This document shows, piece by piece, positions 39,993 to 48,318 of a DNA stretch of 64,000 bases. The translations under genes were made by a program, and so were the position numbers. This DNA comes from Terriglobia bacterium. GTDB taxonomy: Bacteria; Acidobacteriota; Terriglobia; JAJPHL01; JAPKYU01. The notes below the pieces were generated by a model. The model searched no databases. It had not been told where the DNA came from and saw only the letters and a list, made by a program, of their open reading frames with translations. The first letter of the stretch is position 1; the number at the start of each line of letters is the position of its first letter. The stretch lies in assembly GCA_965223005.1 (NCBI GenBank), contig CBDCVK010000010.1, positions 576,001-640,000 of the forward strand, read 5' to 3'.

Positions 39993-42374
39993 CTAGAAGC
40001 GGTACCAGTATTTTGTTTTCTTTGCCCAGGAGCTGTGAGGGTATTTCCGGTGAAGAAACTGAAAAGCCGCTTTGGAATAGTGTCCTGTTTGTTGATCTAC
40101 GCAGCCGTAACGCGTGGCTTTCACCGTCAAGTGAAGGGCCTGGGGCACTCGTGGGTCGTCCGGATGGTTCTTGGCCCATTCCAGCACTAGCCGGCCCAGA
40201 TGGCTCGGCGCGGTTTCCAGGGCAGAAAGCTGTTCCCATTCTCGGGCTGCTTCTGCTTTCTGGGCAAGGCTGAGGAAGGCAGGGTAGTCCAGCTCGTGGC
40301 TGGGATAAAGCATCTTCAAGGGCATGTGAAAAGTTGTGTCCATCCGGTAGTGACGATAGCCCATATAGATTCGACTGCCGCGCTGAGCAGGCGCCAGTCG
40401 GCACCACCAGTTTTCCCGCAAATTGTCAATGCGAGCGAGGGGAGTTCTCCGGGCGGGGCCGGCGCCCACATACAGGTGCAGGCCAGGAAATCGCAGGATT
40501 GTGAAAACAGCAGCGAAGCGGCGCGCCGGGCTGTTTGGGGAGGATACGTACTTCTGCAGATCGCCTTTCAACTCCGGCGCAAGCTGCTCGAGGATCGGCA
40601 CGACCTCCCGGCACACCTCCTCTCGATCGAGCAAGACGCAGCGCACCCAGGTTGCCAGCGCTACTTCCCGTCGCAAATTCGGAGGGAGGCTTTTGCTGCC
40701 AGACGCCTGCAGCAGGAGCCGCAGTGGCATTCGTTCGGTGAAGATCCGGGCGGCATCGGCATCGAACAGCCAGCGCGGCTGCGGGCGCGGTTGCCGGCCT
40801 CGTCTGTCGGCCGGTTGTTCGGCAATCACGCGCCCGAAGTGATTCCAGCCAACTCGGGCAGGAACACGCCTTGCGCCTCGAAGCAGCTCGTCCAGGTTCC
40901 GGGCCAGCTTCATTTGCAGCGCAAGGACCAGGTTGATGGAGGAGCGGGGCAGCGACATGTCTTTCGCCAGCATCTGCTCCAGCGCGATCCGCGCCCGCGC
41001 GGCTTCTCCAGAAGCGGCCAAGAGACGCGCCCTGTGAAAGGCAATGGTGGGAAAAGCGGACGAATTCCGGGGAATTGTTCCCGCCGCCTCCAAGAGCGCC
41101 GCAAGCTTGGGGCCTCCTGCCTGCGCCTTGGAAATGGCTGCAACTAGCCACGGCAGCGAACCCGTCTCGTGCCATTTTTTCATTGCATGGTCTCGCGCCG
41201 ACGAGGTCTGACGCTGGAACGTCAGCATCCAGTCTGCCAGCTCGTCCTCTGCTCGCAACTCGGCCAGCGGCATTCGGTTTCCGCGTCCGCCTCCCGCAGG
41301 CCACTTGCCGAGCAGCGCCAGGTAGTCCGTCAGGTCCTGCCGAAGCGTCCCAGGCGACGTACCTTCCAGCAAGGCTTCGCGTAGCTGGCAGATGCGCTGA
41401 TTGGGGCGCAGCCGCAACTGGACGTAGCCCAACAGCCGACGGGCAGAGGGATGCGTACGGCGCAGACTGTTGTCGGCTAAGACCTTCTGCAACTGGGTCT
41501 CTGCCTTGGCGAGCAAAGCCAGATCGGGCTTGCCCGGCTCGGTGTAGACGGTCGCCTGGCGGATCAGGGATCTGGCTACCAGCAGGGGAGCGAGCCAGCT
41601 CCAGGGCGAGTCGGGATCGTGCGCGATTTCCTCAAAGACCTTCCCGGCAGTCTCGAAATTGCCGGCATAAAAATGGGCTGCCCCCATCTGGTAGGCACGG
41701 TCGGCGCGAATCAGCGGAGAGTCCTCTGCAGAGGCTTTGAGTGGCAGAAATTGCTGCTTCTCTAACCCGTTTCCTCCACCGGAACAATTGGCGAAGACCC
41801 GGTCTTGCGCCTGCACCCAACTGTTGACTGCGGCGCTGTCCGCTCCAAATCGGCCAACTCTTTCCTCCAGCGTATGGACTGCGGTGCGAAATGCATCCGA
41901 AAGACAATTGTAGTAGCCGATGTAGGTGGTGCCGATTCGTTCGGACCGGTACGCGCCCAACGGGTTGTGTACGCCCAGCGGCGTCGGCGCGCTTGTATCC
42001 AGCCCCGGGATTTTCTTCCTCGCCTCAACCCATAGCTTGATCCAATTCGGCGGCTTTGGCGCTTTCTGCAGCGCACCGGACACGTCCGATGGCCTGCGCC
42101 GAATCCAGACACCTTCCAGAGCCGCGAACTGCTCTGGGCTGAATGGCTTGCCTGCCAGGTAGCGATAGGAGAGGTAGAGGTAGGAGCGGGAGTAGGTCGG
42201 CAGGACGATTCCCAGTTGACCCCGTAAGAAATTTTCCAGCGGCAGATCCGGATGCCTGGTAAAGGTGAAGACAGCCTGGGGAAAAAATGGGCCGCAGGAA
42301 AACGCCGGGCTGGCCAGGCCAAGCAGGACGGTGGCCAAAAGCAAAGCACAGGCCCTTGCACGCCTTGCTGTCAT
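39993..42374 (-). CDS. Large exported helical (TPR-like) hypothetical protein, 793 aa
   Basis: AGGAGG before ATG 42374; signal peptide then 'SCGPFF'; C-terminal 'FQFLHRKYPHSSWAKKTKYWY'. Confidence 0.8.
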   Translation of the reverse strand: MTARRARACALLLATVLLGLASPAFSCGPFFPQAVFTFTRHPDLPLENFLRGQLGIVLPTYSRSYLYLSYRYLAGKPFSPEQFAALEGVWIRRRPSDVSGALQKAPKPPNWIKLWVEARKKIPGLDTSAPTPLGVHNPLGAYRSERIGTTYIGYYNCLSDAFRTAVHTLEERVGRFGADSAAVNSWVQAQDRVFANCSGGGNGLEKQQFLPLKASAEDSPLIRADRAYQMGAAHFYAGNFETAGKVFEEIAHDPDSPWSWLAPLLVARSLIRQATVYTEPGKPDLALLAKAETQLQKVLADNSLRRTHPSARRLLGYVQLRLRPNQRICQLREALLEGTSPGTLRQDLTDYLALLGKWPAGGGRGNRMPLAELRAEDELADWMLTFQRQTSSARDHAMKKWHETGSLPWLVAAISKAQAGGPKLAALLEAAGTIPRNSSAFPTIAFHRARLLAASGEAARARIALEQMLAKDMSLPRSSINLVLALQMKLARNLDELLRGARRVPARVGWNHFGRVIAEQPADRRGRQPRPQPRWLFDADAARIFTERMPLRLLLQASGSKSLPPNLRREVALATWVRCVLLDREEVCREVVPILEQLAPELKGDLQKYVSSPNSPARRFAAVFTILRFPGLHLYVGAGPARRTPLARIDNLRENWWCRLAPAQRGSRIYMGYRHYRMDTTFHMPLKMLYPSHELDYPAFLSLAQKAEAAREWEQLSALETAPSHLGRLVLEWAKNHPDDPRVPQALHLTVKATRYGCVDQQTGHYSKAAFQFLHRKYPHSSWAKKTKYWYRF

Positions 42375-42396
42375 TGCGCCGCCTCCTTGAGAACCT

Positions 42397-42570
42397 TCAG
42401 GCCCACAAGACAATGTTGGGAACATCCTTCGTCCGGTCGGGGCCGGGTGAAACCAAGCCGCTCAAGTTGCCAGGGCTCAATCCGACGACGACGGCCGCTG
42501 CCGCCAGAAGCAGCACATTTAAGAAGGCAGATGGCAAGAAAGCGCTTGCCGGAATAGCATCGGCATTTCC
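42397..42570 (-). pseudogene. Possible truncated DUF3142-like gene remnant
   Basis: Hydrophobic leader then 'PNIVLWA*', resembling the recalled DUF3142 start 'LWAWERPEDL'. Confidence 0.35.
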
Positions 42571-42848
42571 ACCGACGAACCCGTACACCGGCTGCCGGCC
42601 GGCCGGCGGCTTTACGTGTTTCACCCCCGGCCCTGGTCGCACAGGGCCGTTGAACACGGCATAGGACGAAACCGCGACCTGTCGAGCGCGAGAGTAAGAT
42701 GAGGGCACGGGGAAGTCAAGTAAGAATCCGGGCTCCGCTGGGCGGCTCGGCACCCAAAATAGGCCCGGCGGTGCCCAAAATAGGGCAATAATCGGCACCC
42801 ACCCAAAATAGGCTTGACAGACCACTGGCAAAGTGGTAACTTTGGGGC

Positions 42849-43808
42849 ATGGATAGCACCCCAAAGACTTTACAGGAAGCGATTCAACGGTTTGGAACCT
42901 TCGACAACTGCCACAAGTTCATGGTGGCTCTCCGTTGGCCGGATGGCGAGGTCCAGTGCCCGTACTGTGGTTCCGAGAAGGTTACTTACCTAGAGAAGGC
43001 CCGCGTGTGGAAATGCTACATCGGCCATCCCAAGCCGAAGTTCTCGCTGAAGACCGGCACCATTTTCGAGGACAGTCCTATCGGGCTTGAGAAGTGGCTC
43101 CCCGCCGTGTGGCTAATCGTGAATTGCAAGAACGGCATTAGCTCCTACGAGCTTCATCGGGCGTTGGGCGTGACCCAGAAAACCGCGTGGTTCATGCTAC
43201 ATCGTATTCGTCTGGCGATGCAGACCGGCTCGTTCGCCAAGGTGGGCGGCAGCGGAACCGAAGTCGAAGCGGACGAAACTTTCATCGGTGGGAAGTCCCG
43301 CAATATGCACCTGTCTAAGCGGCAACGTCGAATCACTGGAACTGGCGGCAAAGGCAAGGCTATTGCCTTCGGCATTCTTGAGCGTGGCGGCCAGGTTCGG
43401 ACTGCCGTTATTCCGAATCGGCAGAAGGAAACCGTTCAGCCGATCATCAAGAAGCACGTCCAGAGGGACTCGGCCCTGTACACCGATGAGATGCTCGGAT
43501 ACTACGGCCTAGAGAGCGACTTCGCACATCAGGTGATTGACCACGCCGTTGCTTACGTGGACGGTCGCATTCATACCAATGGACTCGAAAACTTCTGGAG
43601 CCTGCTGAAACGTGGAATCAACGGGACCTACGTGAGCCTGGAACCTTTCCACCTGTTCCGGTATCTGGATGAGCAAGCCTTCCGGTACAACAATCGCAAG
43701 GATATGACTGACAGTGACCGCTTCGAGCTTGCGGTTTCTCGAATCGCTGGCAAGCGCCTGACTTATGCCGAAGTCACCGGTAAGGTGGGGCAAACGACGG
43801 TCAACTAG
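42849..43808 (+). CDS. IS1595-family DDE transposase
   Basis: Zn ribbon 'RWPDG..CPYC', 'VEADETFIGG', 'LYTDE', 'HTNGLENFWSLLKR', 'YLDEQAFRYN'. Confidence 0.96.
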   Translation: MDSTPKTLQEAIQRFGTFDNCHKFMVALRWPDGEVQCPYCGSEKVTYLEKARVWKCYIGHPKPKFSLKTGTIFEDSPIGLEKWLPAVWLIVNCKNGISSYELHRALGVTQKTAWFMLHRIRLAMQTGSFAKVGGSGTEVEADETFIGGKSRNMHLSKRQRRITGTGGKGKAIAFGILERGGQVRTAVIPNRQKETVQPIIKKHVQRDSALYTDEMLGYYGLESDFAHQVIDHAVAYVDGRIHTNGLENFWSLLKRGINGTYVSLEPFHLFRYLDEQAFRYNNRKDMTDSDRFELAVSRIAGKRLTYAEVTGKVGQTTVN

Positions 43809-43975
43809 TGACGGTCGTTTGAAGCGCGGGAAGAAGGCCGCTTAGCCTTGCGGCGCTTCTTCTCCCCTTCGTAGGCGTCCATCTTCACTTTCAATTCATC
43901 GTGGGAAACCGCTAGAAGTCCCTTCATCGTCCTAGTGAATGCGGCCATCCCTGGCGTGTCCGGTTTTGGCTTCAT
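43805..43975 (-). CDS. 56-aa basic ORF convergent on the transposase
   Basis: MKPKPDTPGMAAFTRTMKGLLAVSHDELKVKMDAYEGEKKRRKAKRPSSRASNDRH; TATCAT box 9 nt upstream. Confidence 0.6.
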   Translation of the reverse strand: MKPKPDTPGMAAFTRTMKGLLAVSHDELKVKMDAYEGEKKRRKAKRPSSRASNDRH

Positions 43976-44017
43976 GGTCCCAATATGATACTCCACTACT
44001 TTGCGCCGTGTGATATT

Positions 44018-44395
44018 ATGTCGCGCCTGGTGGCGTTGAAAACGAGAGGGTTCCTGAGTAACGAGCAGTTGGCCAGGCACTTCAATGAACACGCCGCGGA
44101 CTTTGGCGTATCGAACACAGATGAATACGAGAGGTTGGCAGACGCATTTCTTGCGGGGACAAGGCCGGTGAGCGTCCATGAATGTAGAAGGAAGAAGGGT
44201 GATATAATACGGTATGATCCAAGCACCGAAGCTTATGGAGTTCTTGACAGCAGCAGAATCATACGGACATACTTCAAGCCGGTTCCATGCTCATCGGTGG
44301 CTGTCTCTGTCCTGGCAGCCGTGAGACTGGCGGGGCGGTGCCACCCCCATGCGAACAATTTCCAGTACTTCAAAAGGGAGTGCAGGCGATGGTAA
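44018..44395 (+). CDS. Stand-alone polymorphic-toxin-like nuclease domain (start 44018 or 44030)
   Basis: 'HFNEHAADFG..EY..LA..F', 'GDIIRYDPST..YGV...IIRTYFKP' pattern typical of CdiA/Rhs C-terminal RNase tips. Confidence 0.65.
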   Translation: MSRLVALKTRGFLSNEQLARHFNEHAADFGVSNTDEYERLADAFLAGTRPVSVHECRRKKGDIIRYDPSTEAYGVLDSSRIIRTYFKPVPCSSVAVSVLAAVRLAGRCHPHANNFQYFKRECRRW

Positions 44396-44772
44396 CCAAC
44401 CTTGAAAATCTCTGCCTAGTGTGCGGTTACGAGATGGAGGAACCACCTCGGGACTACAATATCTGTCCATCATGCGGGACATTTGGCGTTCACGATGTCA
44501 ACGCTCCAATCGAAGACTTGCGGGCCGCGTGGATTCAAAGTGGCCCCCGGTGGTGGAGCACCTCTGATCCGCAACCAGAGAGCTGGAACCCACTTGCGCA
44601 ACTAGAGAAGGTAGCGGCCCCTATCGCCAGCGCGTCCGTGTTTCTAAGCTGGGGCGGCCCTCGGCATATCGTCGTCTCAAGTTCTGGGATTGCGATCAAT
44701 TCACCGACAGCGAATTGGCTCAAGGATTGGCCTGACCATGTATCTGGCCAACTCGTTGGTAGACAATTCTGA
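44389..44772 (+). CDS. Cys-rich immunity-like protein
   Basis: 'CLVCGY..YNICPSCG.FG..D..RAAWI..G..WW...PESWNPLAQL'; 7-nt overlap with the toxin stop. Confidence 0.65.
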   Translation: MVTNLENLCLVCGYEMEEPPRDYNICPSCGTFGVHDVNAPIEDLRAAWIQSGPRWWSTSDPQPESWNPLAQLEKVAAPIASASVFLSWGGPRHIVVSSSGIAINSPTANWLKDWPDHVSGQLVGRQF

Positions 44773-45157
44773 GCGGCATCTTTGTGACGGCCTGACCATC
44801 GACGGCTACGTCGAACCAGTACAGTCCATCCTCTTGAACTGGGAATCCCAGTGGCGCTACGACGCCAGTACCGCGATCCTCGTCCCCCTCGAAAAACACA
44901 GGGAACGCGATAGTAGGCATCAGTTCCCCTGAAGGCTTAGTCGGGGTGATTGTGATTTGCGCAGAACCTCTATGAATCCCGGCCTTCATCAGAACTACGA
45001 GATATGCTTGGATGAGAGTCGGCGGCATTGTTTCGGTCGGTCCAGTGACATTCCACCTGTCTACCATCCGAATGAAACTCAACACGCCGTCCTTTTCATG
45101 GAGAGCCTTTTCACAGAAGAAGGCTGCAACGAGATACGGTCCACCCATTACAGGCAT
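44720..45157 (-). CDS. Hypothetical beta-rich protein (DUF6941-like)
   Basis: 'AAFFCEKALHEKDGVLSFIRMVDR', 'GLYWFDVAVDG..VTKMPLRI'. Confidence 0.7.
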   Translation of the reverse strand: MPVMGGPYLVAAFFCEKALHEKDGVLSFIRMVDRWNVTGPTETMPPTLIQAYLVVLMKAGIHRGSAQITITPTKPSGELMPTIAFPVFFEGDEDRGTGVVAPLGFPVQEDGLYWFDVAVDGQAVTKMPLRIVYQRVGQIHGQANP

Positions 45158-45273
45158 AGCGAATGATGATACAGGACTTCAGTAGATCAGGCCAACACTG
45201 ATCCTAACCGAGCCTTGACGGTCTGTCAAGTATATTATTGCCCAAAATAGACCCGAATGCCGGGGCTAGCCTT

Positions 45274-45918
45274 TTAGCTGGAGCCAAGGGGAAGGAAGTA
45301 CTGCGTGCCCACTACCGGCTGTGTGAGCCGCTGCAATAGCTCCTCAAGTTCGTTGCGGTTCGCGACAAAATCAATCTCGCTGGTATTGATCACCAGCAGC
45401 TTCGACGCCTTGTAGTGGAAAAAGAAATGCTCGTAGGCCTTCACCACCGCCTCCAGGTATTCCAGTGAGATCTCGGTTTCCAGCGGCGAATTCTTGCGCG
45501 CGATGCGCCGGAGGAGCACTTCAGGAGTCGCCTGAAGATAGATCACCAAGTCGGGCGGGGGGACCTGCGGGCGGAGCAGTTCATAATACGTGTCATAGAG
45601 GCGGAGCTCATCGTCACTAAGATTGATATAGGCGAAGATTTTGTCCTTCTCGAATAGGTAGTCGGCCACCACTGTGGCATGTGGATTTTCCAGACCGAGG
45701 GCGCGCAGTTGCTGGAAGCGCTGGATGAGAAACCACATCTGTGCCCTGAAGGCAGCCCCGGGCTGCTCCTGGTAGAACTCTGCCAGAAATGGGTTCTCTT
45801 CGGAATCCAGCAACGTGCGCGCGTGCAGCCGGTCGGCCAGCAGCCGTGCCAGTGTCGTCTTGCCTACCCGGATTGGTCCTTCAATAGCGATCTGGTTTGG
45901 CGGGTGGTAATCGGCCAT
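45274..45918 (-). CDS. Deoxynucleoside kinase
   Basis: 'IAIEGPIRVGKTT', 'ENPFLAEFY', 'PDLVIYLQA'. Confidence 0.93.
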   Translation of the reverse strand: MADYHPPNQIAIEGPIRVGKTTLARLLADRLHARTLLDSEENPFLAEFYQEQPGAAFRAQMWFLIQRFQQLRALGLENPHATVVADYLFEKDKIFAYINLSDDELRLYDTYYELLRPQVPPPDLVIYLQATPEVLLRRIARKNSPLETEISLEYLEAVVKAYEHFFFHYKASKLLVINTSEIDFVANRNELEELLQRLTQPVVGTQYFLPLGSS

Positions 45919-45951
45919 GTCTTACAGGCTCCCAGACGTACAGGCGACCTT

Positions 45952-46464
45952 CTAGGGCGCCATCCCCGGCAGGCTAACGCTACGCAGACGGCGGACCCGG
46001 CCGCGGTCCGCCGCGGCGGCCAGCAGCTCGGTGACGGTTCGCTGGCTGACCGGGTGCCGCAGCCCCGCGGCCAGGTCACGCAATGGTTCCAGTACAAAGC
46101 GGCGCTCTGCCAGCTGCGGGTGCGGGATGGTCAGCTCGCTGGTGCGCATGACGTGGTTCTGGTACAGCAGGATGTCAATGTCAATGGTGCGCGGTCCTCG
46201 CCGAACGCCGCGCCGGCGTCCCAATTGCCTTTCAATCCGCTGCAGTTGGCGCAACAGTTGCCGCGGCATGTACTCGGTTTCCACCTCCGCCACGCAATTC
46301 AAGAACCAGGGTTGCGCGGTGTAGTCCACTGGCTGCGTGTGATAGAGGGCCGAGACCCGGTGCACCCGGATTGCTGCGGCCTGCATCTCCTCCAGCGCGC
46401 GCGCCAGGTAGGCCCGCCGATCACCCAGATTGGAACCCAGACAGAGGTAGACTCGTTTCTTCAC
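45952..46464 (-). CDS. folK: HPPK (folate synthesis)
   Basis: 'LGSNLGDR', 'GPRTIDIDIL', 'IPHP..ERRFVL'. Confidence 0.96.
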   Translation of the reverse strand: MKKRVYLCLGSNLGDRRAYLARALEEMQAAAIRVHRVSALYHTQPVDYTAQPWFLNCVAEVETEYMPRQLLRQLQRIERQLGRRRGVRRGPRTIDIDILLYQNHVMRTSELTIPHPQLAERRFVLEPLRDLAAGLRHPVSQRTVTELLAAAADRGRVRRLRSVSLPGMAP

Positions 46465-46580
46465 ACTCCACTTGCTATAGGGCAGCTCACCGCTGTCTGC
46501 ACCTCTTACACAGGCGGTGGAAACGTCTGGGCTGACCGTCGGCCGACCTCTCAGAACAGCTCAGAACAGGGCATAACAGA

Positions 46581-47606
46581 TCAGAACAGCGCTGGCTGGC
46601 CCGACCGGCCCTCCGCCTTCTTATTGAGGTGCTGGTAGGCAAGCGCGGTGGCCACGCGCCCCCGCGGCGTGCGGTCCAGGAAGCCGGATTGGATCAGGAA
46701 CGGCTCGTAGATCTCCTCAATGGCATCCACCTCTTCGCTGATGGAAGCGGCGATGGTATTGACTCCCACCGGGCCGCCGCCGTACTTCTCGATGATCGTC
46801 AGCAGCAACTTGCGGTCGATCTCGTCGAAGCCTAGCGGGTCCACCTGGAGCAGCTCCAGGGCCTCGCGGGCCACCGGGCCGGTGATGCGGCCCTGGGCGC
46901 GCACCTGGGCATAATCGCGCACACGGCGCAGCAGGCGGTTGGCGATGCGCGGAGTTCCTCGACTCCGCCGCGCGAGCTCCTCGGCGCCCTCTTCCTCCAG
47001 TTCCACCTTCAGGATGGCCGCCGAACGCTTCACAATCGTCCGCAGATCCTCCGGTGTATAGAAGTCCAGGTGAAGGATGATGCCGAAGCGTGAGCGCAGC
47101 GCCCCGGTAAGCAACCCGGCCCGCGTCGTGGCGCCCACAAAGGTGAACCGGGCCAGGCCCAGCGAGTGCATGCGCGCCCCCGGCCCCTGCCCAATCACGA
47201 TGTCCACTCGGAAGTCCTCCAGCGCCGCGTAGAGAATCTCCTCAATCTCCGGCTGCAGGCGGTGCACTTCATCCACGAACAGGACCTGGCGCTCGGTCAC
47301 GTTGGTCAGGATGGCTGTCAGGTCGCCTTTGATCTGAATCACCGGACCCGAAGTCTGCTGGAAGCGCGCCGCCAGCTCGTTGGCGACAATGGCTGCCAGA
47401 GTCGTCTTGCCCAGGCCCGGTGGGCCGTAGAGCAGAACGTGGTCCAGCGCCTCGCCGCGCGCGCAGGCGGCTTGAATGGCGATGCCCAGGTTGTCCTTCA
47501 CCTGCTGCTGGCCGACAAACTCCTCCAATCGGCGCGGACGCAGGTGGGATTCAAAGCTGTGCTCCCCCTCCAGCGCCTCTCCCACTATCAAGCGCTTTGC
47601 AGTCAC
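46581..47606 (-). CDS. ruvB: Holliday junction helicase RuvB
   Basis: 'GPPGLGKTT', 'GATTRAG', '[16 protein letters not shown]'. Confidence 0.98.
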   Translation of the reverse strand: MTAKRLIVGEALEGEHSFESHLRPRRLEEFVGQQQVKDNLGIAIQAACARGEALDHVLLYGPPGLGKTTLAAIVANELAARFQQTSGPVIQIKGDLTAILTNVTERQVLFVDEVHRLQPEIEEILYAALEDFRVDIVIGQGPGARMHSLGLARFTFVGATTRAGLLTGALRSRFGIILHLDFYTPEDLRTIVKRSAAILKVELEEEGAEELARRSRGTPRIANRLLRRVRDYAQVRAQGRITGPVAREALELLQVDPLGFDEIDRKLLLTIIEKYGGGPVGVNTIAASISEEVDAIEEIYEPFLIQSGFLDRTPRGRVATALAYQHLNKKAEGRSGQPALF

Positions 47607-48193
47607 GGCCTCACCAGCAAGTGCAGAGCTCGTTTCAACAACTGATCAAAATGCGCGGCGCCGTCCTGGGCGACGGCCTGCCCGACTGCTTTCTCGGCCG
47701 CGGCCCGCGGGTAGCCCAGGTTGAGCAGAGCCGACAGCACATCTTCCTGAACCGGAGGCAGCCCCGGGCGAGCTGCCGGCTCAGCTTCGGCCCCGGCCAC
47801 CTTGTCGCGTAGCTCCACCACGATGCGCTCGGCGGTCTTGCGGCCCACCCCGGGGATGTGGCTCAACTTCAGCAAGTCGTTTTGGCGAATGGCCGGCACC
47901 AGCTCCTGCACCTCCAAGCCCGAGAGAATAGTGATGGCCAGCCGCGGCCCGATGCCGCTAACGCTGAGCAGCTTCTCAAACATTTGTTTCTCACCCAGGC
48001 TGCGAAAGCCATAGAGCGCCAGCGCACCTTCGCGCACGTGCGTGTGGATGTGCAGTTGCGCTTCGGCAGGCGGGTCAGGCACCAGGTAATAGGTGGAGAC
48101 CGGAATGTTCACGTCGTAGCCGACTCCCTGCACATCCAGGATCACCTGGCTGGGCCGTTTCTCCAAAACCCGTCCCCGTAGAAATCCAATCAT
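47603..48193 (-). CDS. ruvA: Holliday junction protein RuvA
   Basis: 'MIGFLRG', 'HVRE..LYGF', '[12 protein letters not shown]'. Confidence 0.97.
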   Translation of the reverse strand: MIGFLRGRVLEKRPSQVILDVQGVGYDVNIPVSTYYLVPDPPAEAQLHIHTHVREGALALYGFRSLGEKQMFEKLLSVSGIGPRLAITILSGLEVQELVPAIRQNDLLKLSHIPGVGRKTAERIVVELRDKVAGAEAEPAARPGLPPVQEDVLSALLNLGYPRAAAEKAVGQAVAQDGAAHFDQLLKRALHLLVRP

Positions 48194-48197
48194 GAAA

Positions 48198-48317
48198 AGG
48201 TGCCAAGTCTCATGTTTCAGATGTCAGGTTAGTCCCCTCCAGCCCACCGGTCAATCCCGCCGGCATCGAGATGACAGACAAATAACTGACACCTGGCACC
48301 TGAAGCCGAAAACCTGT
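48198..48317. repeat. Degenerate heptamer inverted-repeat hairpin between polA and ruvA
   Basis: AGGTGCCA..TCAGATGTCAGGT arm versus CTGACACCTGGCACCTGAA arm. Confidence 0.5.
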
Positions 48318-48318
48318 G

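Larger units (their letters stand above)
42784..45242 (+). mobile_element. IS1595-family element with passenger genes (2459 bp)
   Basis: 8-bp duplication CAAAATAG at 42776-42783 and 45243-45250; IRR GGTCTGTCAAGTATATTATTGCC; interrupted IRL GGCAATAAT..CTTGACAGACC; lower GC. Confidence 0.9.

Noticed and set aside
42747-42813. CCCAAAATAGG repeats as a mini-CRISPR
   Set aside because: Repeats are 11 bp with 10-17 nt spacers, there are no cas genes, and the IS target duplication explains them.
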